The translations under genes were made by a program, and so were the position numbers. A stretch of DNA of 58,315 bases, the filler included, from Platydemus manokwari (taxonomy: Eukaryota): NCBI GenBank assembly GCA_037951405.1. It is 6 parts of 6 records of this genome, joined end to end, with 100 filler letters (N's around TTAATTAATTAA, not from the genome) between each part and the next. Parts side by side here need not be neighbours in the genome. Positions count along the whole stretch, not along the records: positions 9,953 to 20,509 come from JBBMOY011124441.1; positions 20,610 to 29,490 come from JBBMOY011335206.1; 4 more parts are not named here. One strand, given 5' to 3'. The notes under the pieces were generated by a model. The model was not told where the DNA came from. It did not search any database and saw only the letters and a list, made by a program, of their open reading frames with translations. Positions within the stretch are counted from its first letter, which is position 1, and each line of letters opens with the position of its first letter. This document shows positions 13,401 through 25,803 of the stretch, piece by piece.

Positions 13401-16400
13401 TTACGAGTTTTCAATAATGTTTCATTTGTCGTACAATTTTAATAATAAACGTTGAATGAAGTACGTTTTTTGAGAAGGTAAATGAGGAAACGTTGTGTAA
13501 ACAAAAACGATTTTGAATTAGTCGAGTGTTGTGTTAAATAAAAATCGAAAAATTCCTGATGGACAAATTGCACATTAATAATATTGAGGTGGATACAAAA
13601 TTTTAAAAGCGTATTTTATGAATCATTTCTAATCTATATCAAATGGTTTCGGATATTCTTTCGTTTAAAAATGGAGAAATATTTTCACGAAATCAAATTA
13701 AATACGTATCCGTATAATAACTCCTTGAAGCGCTTTGAAATAATTTTAAAAAACATCTATTAAACAGATTGAAAGAGTAAAAAAAAAATTCTGAAAAATG
13801 TAATTGTCTGTTTATGCTGTTATAATAAGTTTTATTGGATTTTCTAGTAATGATTCAAATCGATGATTTATCGATGTGGAGATGAATTACTAATATGGAT
13901 TCAAAATACAATTTCACCATGTAAACAAAGAAAAAGCGATAAGTGATAATAAAGTTGAATAAGGTGACTGTGAAAGAATTGTGTAATATGATGAATTCAA
14001 AATCCTGTCCGATATTAATACAAAAATGTTCATTGACGGTCGACATGTTGGATTATAAATGGGTTGTCATAACAATGAAGTACCAATTTGGTGGTATTTT
14101 TGCTTGTTTTATTATTTTTTAAAATATAATATTATTTCCAATTTGGAATACAATGTTTTCAAACGAGTATGATAAGAACTTATACAAATTATTTCTTCTG
14201 TTTTCTATTTAGTGTAATACAAGTTTTTATGCAAATTTAATGACGATTTACGTAAATGATGTTGATTTCAGAATGTTTTAGGATTGATTTAATTTTTAAT
14301 TCTTTCAAATATGCTGTCGAAAATGAATAAAATTATTAATTTAAGACTTCTTTGTGGGTTTTAATCTTCACTGACAAAGAATATTTAGTTTCGAAGAAAA
14401 CATTTATAAATAATCTTATTATTCTTGTTTAAATTTGATGTTTAATGATTTTCATCTAACTATAATGTGATTTAAAATTGTGACTTTCAGACTCCAAATG
14501 AACTTAAATTTTGAATTCTTAAATGAATTAAATGGAATAAAGATGTTAATGTTTATAATTTAAAACATTAGAGCTTATATTTTAGACAAAAAATTTTAAT
14601 TTTTGAAAATCTTCTGTTTAAACTTTCTCATAAACCGTACTTTTAATTATCTTCAAATCGCAATACTCCAAAGATTGTGAAGACGTGCACATCTTCAAAG
14701 AGGTTCGCTAATTTCTTTTACTTGTAATCATTAATAAATGCCAATGATATTCTTAATAATAATTAATGTCATTTCAAAATGTTAAAATATTCGTAATCAC
14801 CATGAATCGAAAATCAATCGAATGATTAGTTTGAAAATGGAATTCAATTTGAAATTAATCAATTTAATAATTAGGAAAAAAATCGAGCAGTTGTCGGGTC
14901 GACTATTGCCTTTATTATTGTTTCAATGGGTTAATTAATACCTCAATGAAATGGTAGTCAATTTAATTGTCATATATTCAATGAAAAACAATTTAATTTT
15001 ATTCAACCTTTCGCCCGATGTCTCTCTTGCAATGTTGACCATTTTCATTCAATGGAATTGTGATTACCATGAGAAATTGTTCAACTAATCAACCGTGAAA
15101 AGCCACCGACAATAAAATTTTCCTCATAAAATCAATTGTATTCCACGGTTCCCAGGCAGATCAAAAAGATGTTATCAGTTTAATTTCGCAACACCAAAAA
15201 AAGGTCTTTACAACGTGTATTCCCATGCGCCAGAAACTCATTGTTTAACCAACTACAATAAACTGCTTATTGGCGCTATTGAAACAGCGTTCACATCATT
15301 CACTACCAGAGAGTGATCAGAGACCGTTAAACGCGTGTTTTAATCAGTTCTGCTACCAACCAGTTAATAGCTACTCTCCCGTGACCAAAACCTATATGAG
15401 AAGTCAATGGCTTTATCACAAACATTATTACTAGTCATTATTCAGCTTCGCAGTCATATCAGTTGTATTGGTTATATGGAGACATAAGAGGAATCGGTAT
15501 TCTTGTATGAACGTGAGAACGGGTTTTATCAGCAGACAGATCTTCAGAGTAAATTCTACAACTCTCCATTACCGTTCTGCAGGTTGACAGTGCTGTTATG
15601 TCAATAACCTGCATTGAGTTGTTCAAAAATTGTGTTATTATTCTACTGTTAATAATACAAAAGTTTCATATAAAATTGATCTGAAGCCAACGTTTTCTTG
15701 ATTCTAGTGTTCATAAACGTTTTTGAATTTGAATTTAACAAGTTATTCTCATCTTCCATTATTGATCGAACTAAGATTTCAGTTTATTGAAAATTATCTT
15801 TATTTTTCCCATCATTTTCATAGATAGTTTTTCTTTATTATTTGATAACTATGTTGCTTGTAATCAAAATCGATTAAGAGCATTCCGTGGAGGTCTGAAG
15901 AAGATTTGTTCCATCTTTCTTCCATCGAGGAAAACGGGTGAAAATATCTTAAAATTTACTCAGAAAAATTTAAAAAAATCAATATTTATTTAACATAAAC
16001 AGGATCTTCACGAGGCGATGGGAAATACCTCACGTTGACTTGATAAAATTGGTTTATTTCGCTTTTTACTGTTAATACTGATTTTGGACAAGAAATTTAT
16101 GGCATTCCATTAGAAACGGCACACCGAATATTGGGATTAGACAGTGACTTGTTTTGGTTTTCGATTTTGTGTGTGTTTGCAAAAAAATATTAATTTCTAA
16201 AGCTGATTTATTTGATTTCTTGTCGGTATAAATGTAAAATTGATGGGTTAATATTTAAAAACTTTTCCTTAAATCATTTCTCAATTGCTTGATTTCAATT
16301 TCAATTTCTTGCTCATCAAATTTTATCCTGTCACAAACACAGTATTAGCTTTTATACATTATCAAATTAAACCGAATGTATTAATAGGATTAAACTGACA

Positions 16401-17279
16401 CAAGTTTTAAATTTTTTTTGGATTGGGTTCATGGGTACAAAGTCGGTAAGAAATTCATTCCATGTTAACCCTGTAGACTCGATTGGGTTTAATACTGGTA
16501 AAATCGTAATTTATCGTTTCAAAAAATCAACTTGTTTTCATCTGAAAAACTTAATTTCAAACTAGATTTAGGATTTTAGGGTATATAATATGTAATATTG
16601 TCGAGAAACAATAGTGGTTTTTCATTGGAAATTGCGTATATATAGTCATTAATAACATATAAAACGATTAGCGAAAAACCGAACAACGAAACAGTACAAG
16701 GAGAAGCCGTGGATTTTTCAAAAGTTTTTCCAATCGTATACTTAAAGAATTACTATCTGAATTTGAATTTACTTTAAAAATGATGGTAACTGTGTTTTGT
16801 GGCTTTCTTCAGTACATTCTAGTGAAATTTGTTTAAACGAGTAGAACTTCACATTTTAAAATTTGAGTAGGCGATATTTATCTGTTTTTAAAATGATTTA
16901 CTTGAAACAAGCGATAAAACTCCGCAAGACCCACCTGGTATAACGATGTTATGATTTTTACTTTTATCTATAGTAATTTAAAAATCAAATTTAAATTTAA
17001 TTTTTGTGAAATTTTCGTACTATTTAATAACTATTCGAATGTGTTTATATCGTGTAAAAACAATTTCATCATTTTGATATTATGGTTTTTTTGTTATCAA
17101 TTTGCTACTTTTCTTGACACTCTTAAACAACAAAAAGTCACAGATAAAGGACACCGAATAATTCTTGAATATTTAAAACAAAACCAAATGGTTTTAAAAA
17201 TCCAAGTAGTCAAAAAATGCAAATCTTTCACATATTGAAGTTTGAATTAGGTCATTTATTGAAAATTAGTCAGAACTCC

Positions 17280-17545
17280 ATATTTTAATATTAAAAGCAA
17301 ATTGAGACAAACTTTAAATTTTTACAATTATTTGATAAGATCAAGTAATACTAGACTACTAAATATGTCATGAGTTTCTTAAGATCATGGTAATTAAATC
17401 TATTTAAATTTACAAAATCAAAGTCTCGTGGAAGTGTTGTGATTGGAATAGGAACTTGGTTTAAAAACTATGTTTTCTCCATATTCGACATCCTAAAAAA
17501 GTGAGATATTAACTGAATTATACTGATAATTCAAATATCGCAATT
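17280..17545 (-). repeat. Partial inverted copy of the MITE family at 50624-51090 and 56158-56702
   Basis: ggaacttggtttaaaaactatg...catcctaaaaaagtgagatattaactgaattatac is the near reverse complement of the MITE interior. Confidence 0.7.
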
Positions 17546-19010
17546 ATTTATAAAATTACCTCATGGATGAAAATTCATCATTACGAAAAAAGGTCAATGT
17601 ACCCTTTTTTTAATTTAGCCGAATTTAGAATTGCAATTAACATCAGTAAATCAATTAAAGTGAGATATTTTTATTTGTTTGTCATAAAACAATTGTTACT
17701 TTTTGAAGATGTTGAGATCGTTGAAATAATCCACGAAACACTTTAAAAGAAAAACTTAGTCTAGATAAAGGACGTAATGTTACTTGCAACGTTTTTTTTA
17801 TAGAAAATAAGCACACGTGATCATTTTTTAGAATTTCCATTATTGCTCTTTTGGAATATCTTAAAATTTTAGGAAAAATATATCGGTAAATCGAAAATTA
17901 GATGTCAGATAATTCTTGAGTCAAAATGCATCAAGAATTTTACTGAATTTTTATAACAAAGAGAAATCGGTTAAAAATTTAGTCAACTCATGTCCAAACT
18001 CTTAGGGAGACACCGATAAAAATAAAGCATATGTTATTGTTAAGGACAAAGAAATTTTCTGATAATGATTATTCAGGATTTGACATCTAATTTAATTAAG
18101 TTTTTAAACTATTCATTTTCATTTAATCTATTAAAAAATCCGTGTTCATTTCGATTCAAATTCTGCAATTGTAATTTTTTGGTTTTTAAAATTTTTCGTG
18201 TTTTAATTCGTTTTATTTATCTAAGTAGGTGGCAAGGTTTGACTCTTCATTTTCCAATTTATAAACAAATTTAATTTCCAGGGAATATAATGTGATTCAT
18301 GAAATCAAAGTAAATGATATTAAGTTTTGTTATTGAATAACCTATCCTGTTTTTGTTAGTGAAGATTCTACTTTGTATCAATAAAAATATTTCTTATTTA
18401 AACGACACCTTAAAAATATTGATTCCAAAAATGTAATCGTGGAGTAACTTTGTAAAATACATTTACTAATTTATACATGTACTGAATTTTATATAGTAAA
18501 ATAATCTGTTTTTTCAGAGCTTTAATAAGTATTTAAATGTAATAATTTCATTAACTGCTGATGTGATTTTGTCAAAGAGGCAAACTACATGATTTTCCTT
18601 TAATTCATTGTATGTTGCTAAATATTTATGTTTTGTAAATTAGAATTGGAACAATTTTTCCAACTAAATAATTCTGCAACCAAATAAAAACTTTGATTGT
18701 ATCGTTGACTATGACAAATTAAAAATAATACTTAACTCAATATCTTTTATTATTTTCAATTTTTAGTGATGATAATTTTTATTAATTTATAACGAATTTA
18801 TTTTAATTTTCTAGCAAAATCTTTAGAATCTTAGAGAAATGAGAGATTCTCATAAAGGTAATTTATTTATTAATCTAAAAATTTTCCTGACTTCTATTAT
18901 GTTTTATAATTAAATTGATTTTGTTTTACTCAATTGAAGTATTGTTTTCATAAATTGTTATCAATCAAATAAATTATTAAATAAATAATATCAATAAAAG
19001 CTAATTAACC

Positions 19011-19957
19011 ATGGATGGGAAGTATTTTACCGCTTTAGCTACTTATCTGGACGGACTGGATATGTTTCCGTATTTTAATATATGCCATTATTTACTTATT
19101 AGTTTACATATGCGTCAAATATCTCCAGGTATTCATAGTTATTGAATAATATAAAATGACATCTCTTTTAGGGAATAAGTCATTTTCTCGACAACATCCA
19201 TTAGCAAGCTGGTCAGCTACAATATTAATGTGTTTTGCAGGATCTGTTATATCAAATTTTTTAATTGGTGAACCCATTGTGATACCTTTTAAGATTCATG
19301 TAAATATATTACATGCCAGTTTATGTTGGTAAGATATAATTAAACCTGACAGAATTTACTATATTTCCAATTTTATTTTAATCCATATTTCTCAAATAAA
19401 ATGATTCATAATCTTTCATAAATGTTTCCAATTCAGGTATTTGATGAATTATTTTCCACTCGATCTCGTATTCAAAATATGCTCGTTGATTCCAGTTTAT
19501 ATGGCGATTTGTTTAGCGAAAGAATTGTATAGAGCTAAAATGGTCAATATCGCAATCGCTGTAGCTTCTAAAAGATATCCAGACTCCATGATTGTCTGGC
19601 TTATGATTGGTCTAGCAAAGGGCTGTGGTGAAGATATGTTGTTGCCTTTGGCTTATTCCTGCATGGGTGGCCATGAATCGAGTGGCAATTTCTTGTTGAA
19701 TCCCACTTTGTTAGTAATACACATAATAAATATATATATATATAAATTATATTAGATAATATATACAAATTATTATCATTTATTAACATTAATGATGATG
19801 ATTATGATTATTATTTGATTTGATTTATATTTTCAGTAATGTTAAAGGTAGCCTTGCTGTTGCAATCATGTTTGCAATGGAGAAATTACAGAAGGTACCA
19901 TTGGCGTCCAGTCAGCTATTTTTAGCCGCTATTCTCTTTCTTGCTTATTTTCGGTAA
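19011..19957 (+). CDS. TMEM38: Trimeric intracellular cation channel (TRIC/TMEM38) family; exons 19011-19128, 19172-19328, 19437-19709, 19837-19957 (3' end may splice onward at 19953)
   Basis: Spliced translation gives DMFPYFNICHY, FSRQHPLASW, MCFAGSVISNFLIGEP, WYLMNYFPLDL, KELYR, GLAKGCG and NFLLNPTFNVKGSL, all typical of TMEM38. Introns of 43, 108 and 127 bp are GT-AG and phase-compatible. Confidence 0.9.
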
Positions 19958-20007
19958 TTTTTTTGAATTTTTATATTTATTTTCTCTTTTTAATAGCAGA
20001 TATTATA

Positions 20008-20060
20008 CATGTGTATGTGCGTGTGTGTGCGTGTATGTGCGTGTATGTGTGCATGTGTGT
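20008..20060. repeat. Imperfect (TG)n/(TGTGCG)n microsatellite
   Basis: Directly visible; it produces the spurious CVCACVCV ORF. Confidence 0.9.
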
Positions 20061-20509
20061 TTGATTATATTTTATAATAATGAAATAATTATAAATAATC
20101 AAACTTGTATTCACCATTGGGTAGTGTCAGCATGTTACAGGAATGATTTATTATGGGAAATAATATGCTAGCCAATTGGGAGTTGCCTTGACAACGATAT
20201 ATACTGATATACAGAATTTTATCTGAAAACTTGAAATAAGCTAAAATAATAATTATATTTGTATAATTATAATAATTATTATTATATTTCGGCATTTATA
20301 GAAATAATTATATTGGTAATAAAGCTGTAATTATTTCATATAATAAAAATAATATTTTTAATATTATTAATAATATAAATTATTTTTAATATAATATTTA
20401 ATTTATTTAAGAATATTTGTTTAAAATATAATTTATTATTTAAATAATGCACCTTAGTGATTATATTTAATGATCAAATTAATCGCCCTTTTTTGATATT
20501 GGTTACATA

Positions 20510-20609
20510 NNNNNNNNNNNNNNNNNNNNNNNNNNNNNNNNNNNNNNNNNNNNTTAATTAATTAANNNNNNNNNNNNNNNNNNNNNNNNNNNNNNNNNNN
20601 NNNNNNNNN
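20510..20609. other. Assembly linker (N44-TTAATTAATTAA-N44); equivalent linkers at 9853-9952, 29491-29590, ~39119-39218 and ~48776-48875
   Basis: Identical 12-mer giving stops in all six frames, centred in 100-bp N runs. Confidence 0.97.
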
Positions 20610-22745
20610 CACCATACCTATAGATCCATTTATCGATGATCGCCTTCGAAATACTTGTTTCATCTTGTCGAATAAGTGGCACCAAGTTTACTAACTTACT
20701 GAATCTATCGACAATAACCAACAAATATCTGGTTTTAGTCATAAATTCCCCAAAGTGCACAACACCAATAACGATCTTTTCCAGAGGCTCAAACTTTTCC
20801 CTTGGAATCATAATCTCTTTAGTTCGCCCAGTGTATACCTTCCATTTAGCACAAATATCACAATTCCTCACTTCATGTTCGATGTTTCGTGACGTATTTG
20901 GCCAGAAGAATATTTTTTGAATATAATCGACCAATTTCTTATTGCCAATATGGCACAACTCTTCATGAAGGTATCTCGTAAGTTTCTGCGAATAAACCTC
21001 TGACACCAGATAGACCAGAAAGCTTTTGTAAATCAAGTACTTGAATATAGTATTCATTAGACTCTGACACGTTGCTGGTGCGGTACATAAACCAAAAAGT
21101 AGTCTGTTAAAACAGAACTGCCCAGTTCTAGTGCTAAATGCCATTTTTATTTTAGAATCTTCCTCAAGTTCAACCTAATAATATGCTTGGCCTAAATGTA
21201 TCGTGGAGAAAATTGTCACTCCATACACCGAGTCCAATAGCTTTCAAGAAGATTTTCTATCAATTCTTGAATTTTGGTTTCTAAATTTATTGATTGCCTT
21301 CTGGGGTTTTGAGCAATAGGTTTCCCTTTTGTACGGATTTCGTGCTTCATGAAATAAAAATGGAGCCATTTTCTTTTGTACACCTATTCAATGAAATATC
21401 GTTCTGATCAGTGATACTCTTCAGAACCATTTCGATTCTGTCTTGGTCGCTTATCTCTTTCCTACATCCTTGGCATCAATTAATTTTATCGCTTCAAGGA
21501 ATATTCCACAAGTCTTCATCATGTCAACTCCTTCGATAAATACTGGTGATATTTCTTTTACTACAAAGATCTCCTTTACTAGAATTTTGTTTTTCCAAAC
21601 TATTGGGATCCTTATTTTACCTAGACACAATTTGTGTGTATTGGAGAATTCACCAGCCAATCGAACATCAGAACTTTAAATCTGCGGCGCTCTAATACGC
21701 TTCCAGTTGTTTTCGTTCATTACAGTTATTGATGCACCATAATGCCATAACATTTCAATATGTGTTTTCAATATAGGCTTTCTGGCTAAATGACATTCTC
21801 TGAACGAATGTCCTTCTTTTCCGCATATCAAACATTTATTCCGCAGTGGACACTCAAATTTCCGATGTCCAAACTCATCACATCAAAACAAGCTCCTAGT
21901 TTCAAATAATCATCGCATGGTATAAGTTTTCCTCTACAATCGTTGTAGAATTTCGAAGCAATAGCCTTCCTTGATCTAGTTGGTCCCTCATTGTTTGGAG
22001 ATTCAGTGCGATTAATTGATGCTCGATGATATTCTTTTACACCAAAATCTCTTTCCTGTACGATTGGACTTGTCTTTTTGAATGAAGTCTCTTTCTGAAA
22101 GGTCTTTCTTTGGTCACTTTGAAATACCTACTGAGCATATGTCTTCTTAATGGTATTTAAGGGCTTGGTAGGAGTTAACCTCTCAAAATTGACACCCAGC
22201 TCTCTTCTTCTATAGAAGGCAGGGTCGAGAGTAAATGACTCTTTCAATTTCTTACTATTTAGACCTTGCAGAATAAATAATCTTGAAATTTCTTCAAGAG
22301 TGTTTTTCTTGTCAAACACTTCCAAAACTAGCTTCTTTACCCGAACTTCGAAACTGCGATATTTTTCATCCGGTCTTCGTTGTATTGTTGCCAAATCCTG
22401 AATCTTGTCGTACACTGTTTTGGCATGTGAAAATGTTTCTAAAAGCCATTTTTCAATTTCTTCATTTGAAACAGCCTCTTTGAAACTGCTGAATTCTTAT
22501 CACAGCTGTTTAGCGTCATCTCTCAAAAGCATGTCGAATGCAAATGATAGTTCCATTTGAATAAAGGTCGCGAAATCTTTGGTTGTTTGGAACCATTTCT
22601 CAGTGTCTTGGATTGATGAATCGAAGCTTGTGGGTTTCGGAATTAATAGCTCCTGAGTTTTTTATGGCAGATTCGCAAAAAATTTCTGCCTCTCTTCTCG
22701 TTTGGCTCTAGTCAGAGCGTTAATTTCGGTGTGTTCGCCAATAAA
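20610..22745 (-). mobile_element. Degenerate, internally deleted Ty3/Gypsy retrotransposon, copy 2 (gag, partial protease and RT, integrase), cut by the linker
   Basis: Gag-like IQDLATIQRRPDEKYRSFEVRVKKLV; RT AFSTRTGQFCFNRLLFGLCTAPAT; integrase HEELCHIG..FFWP..VRNCDIC and YLLVIVDRFSK..WIYRYG. PBS-like TGGCGAAC at 22740-22733. Confidence 0.92.
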
Positions 22746-22747
22746 AA

Positions 22748-23214
22748 CATAACTCGTTTCCATAAATATTTTTTTAATATTAAAACAAATCTCATTTTTT
22801 TTATCTAACTATTATGATCTAAAGAGACAAACAGGAGCATCATCATTGAAGTGGAATTCTATGATTTAGTTAATATGTAAAGTTCCATCTCTTTTTATCG
22901 AAAATAGTAAATTCTATTTGCAATAATAATTTGCGACGTTTTTGCTAATTTTATTCTATTTCTTCCATACTTCTGGATGTATTCTGTTACTGCTGATGGC
23001 AACTGTACCAATATGTGTCCAGACTATTATTTTTCTTTATGCCTTTTGTTGTTTTAATTAGTTAATTTATTAAAAGATAGTTTTAATAGTTTCAATTTTA
23101 TTATACCAAAGCCGGGTTTCTTATTAATTATAGGGATTATAAATTGGGGTTGAAATTATATATTATATTATATCATATTATATTATACTATACATTATAT
23201 ACCCATGGGTTACA
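22748..23214 (-). mobile_element. Putative 5' LTR of Gypsy copy 2
   Basis: On the minus strand it begins TGTAACCC (23214) and ends with degenerate GAGTTATG a few bases before the PBS-like TGG. No second LTR is available to confirm. Confidence 0.45.
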
Positions 23215-24249
23215 AAATCTCCCTGAATTTTCATAAAAATGTTTTTCATACAATAATAATGTTGGGGTTCTGAGAATGTGACTAATAACAATAACATTTT
23301 ATATAATTATGGTGACAATATTTTGTGTATAATGGTAACATTCAGTGTATAATATAATAATTTATAATTTTTATTTGGGTGTATAAAATTAATTAGTTTT
23401 GTAACAATTTTCATCTAGCAAAGTGTATCAATTTTTTAGTCGATTAATTTTTATAACGATGCTGAAAATTGGAACATTTAGTTGCTATTGCTTGAAAAAA
23501 CTATTTTATTTTATTTTTACCGCATTGTAGCGATATAATTTTATAATGTAACAATAATTTTAAAAGCCTACATTTATGGAAAAAACATATATTATTACAT
23601 AATAATTTATTACGGAATTTATTTAAAATAAAATATATTTTATATATAAACTGATTAATATAATGGCAACAAATATAACGTCGGAAAAATGAAAGAAACT
23701 TCATGAATTCAAGATGAATCATTTTTCTAAAAATTGTACTAAAATATTTTTAAAGTTGAAATCATCACAACTCACCCTTATCTGAGAAACCACTAGGAAG
23801 AATATGTGAAGTCCGATTTAACTTTAGAAAAGAATACGCGAAGTCAAGGATACATATTCGCCATAGAAGCCTACCAATATATGCCTTTCGATTTTTGATC
23901 AAAGCCATTATATTGATTGTGTTCCCCGTTTCGACAATAAGTGAGTTAGATTAATACTGTAAACTCATAATCAATATTATATATCGTATATCGTTGTATC
24001 ATCAAACTAAAGAGCTTTGTCTCACAAAAAACTCTTACGGGTAAAAGTTCGACTTCTTGAGTTGAAGTTTTGCAACCGTTTTTATTCTCCAGAAATTGTA
24101 GGTGTCATCGTCTAGCTTTATTTTATCATTGTATAGTGTAGTTTTAAACAAACAATTTGTGCATAATTTTATAGTTGTTGTATATTTCGTAGTCCATAAA
24201 CATTACTGTATCAATTTTTTTGTTGAGTTGTTGATTAGATAGGATATAG

Positions 24250-24540
24250 ACATAGGACATTAAAATTTGAGACTAATGGCAATTAAGTTTCAGACCGATA
24301 GTTATAAATTATACCATCTGGATCATTGCTGCCTATCGTACTATCTCCGTATAGTATTGATATCGAGGTGAAGACAGAAGATTATAAAATAAGGTTTCAT
24401 AGAATGCACTTTAAGGGGTTGATCAGACCTCACAGAGACTGGTCAAGACAGCATTGATCCGCAATAAATTATATAATATAGAGTCTGATAATAAAATTAA
24501 ACGAGCAACCCCAAAGCACATCATTAAAAATTAAACATTA
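24250..24540. repeat. Dispersed repeat with an inverted homolog at ~29650-29830
   Basis: ctcacagagactggtcaagaca..tgatc (~24430) versus gatcacctttgtcttgatcagtctctatgag (~29740). Confidence 0.6.
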
Positions 24541-24669
24541 ATGCATGCAATTACTGTTGGATTAAAAAATTGTCATAGGCTCCAAAACCCAACATCACTG
24601 ATTATGAGTTATGTTTGAGTTCTCTTTTTAAGTGGTTAATTAACTGCTTTGTTATTTCATTTTTCATCT

Positions 24670-24890
24670 CTTCCATTCTAAATTATCCAATTTCCGTGTA
24701 AACAATGCACAATTTTTGTGATCTATTATTCTTTCTCTATCGAACTCTCAGTTAATAGCTCTATAGAGATAACAATTCTTGATTTTGGTTTCTGTAGAAT
24801 GTATGGTTTTGATCGGGTTTAAATGTCAGAAGGTTTTTTAAGCTCTAAATTTAATCCTGACTCCGAAGACGCAGCTTAAACTGGTAGAAA
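24670..24890 (-). mobile_element. Possible 3' end remnant of a CR1/L2-like LINE
   Basis: Minus frame KNCYLYRAIN*EFDRERIIDHKNCALFTRKLDN resembles the CR1 ORF2 terminal motif (FFS.RV.N.WN.L...F..KLD). Confidence 0.35.
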
Positions 24891-25803
24891 TAATTTAATG
24901 GGTGTAATTATTCGTCATCTACTTGTTTCTATGTTATTTCTCTCTTTTTGGTAATCTTTTAAAGTTAAAATTATATTTTATTTATGCTATTTTTATACTC
25001 CTACACCTTTATAGTTCTATTTTCATATATAATCATTTCTATTTTCAGATTTTATAAATTATATTTATATTTGCATTTATAGTTTCTATTTTTATGAGGG
25101 TTAAAATGTGTTAAGTGTTCATAAAGAAAAATGCTGTTTTTACTTTCTCATAAACTTTTAAATGGTCTTTGATATTCTATTTTCCAGTGTTTTACTTTAT
25201 CTATTTAATTTTATGCTCTTTGTACTTACAATATGTCCGTGACACTGCAGAATGTTTCTATAACATAAGAAACATTTATTATTGAAGAAGTTTGTAGAAC
25301 CAATTCAAACTGATAAATTAACTGATTATAAATTGTCTAAGTACAGTCGATGTGTCACAGCTTCCACTGTTAAGATAGTTGTAAATCAAAATCCTTTCAT
25401 TGTTTAAATCAACAATTTTATCGATTATTAATCTTATTCAAATTATAGAAATTATTATTCCAAACAGACACTATAAATCAATTATTCTATTTTGGATCGA
25501 TCAAAATCTTATCACAACATTCAATAACCTATTCGATTATTATTTATTCGACTACTTGGATTTTATTGTTTGGAAATGAATAGTAAACGACACACTCACT
25601 GTAAGATATGACTTGCCCATTATCATCGCTAAATAACGATTCGATCTAGCCAGACAAGTATAGCTGGCATAATTAAAGTACCAAAACATATAAAGTCAGT
25701 ATTTTTTAAATAGAAGATCAAAACAATTGCAACGTCTCATCGTACTCAAGGCACTTAAATACAATAAAATAATGCACGTGAAAAAATAATTTAGTGGAAA
25801 TTA

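Noticed and set aside
13855-18274. Numerous 60-95 aa F/I/L/K-rich ORFs here and elsewhere
   Set aside because: Expected by chance in very AT-rich DNA; often non-ATG starts, with no motifs or splice support.
12060-18900. Pri/tarsal-less-type LDPTGxY small ORFs near ovo
   Set aside because: No such peptide motif spotted by eye; that system is known from arthropods and is not linked to svb.
23800-23935. Fibrinogen-C-like peptide (NGEHNQY..GIYW / GFYGEYVSLTS) on the minus strand
   Set aside because: Needs a frameshift, is very short, and no other FReD motifs are nearby.
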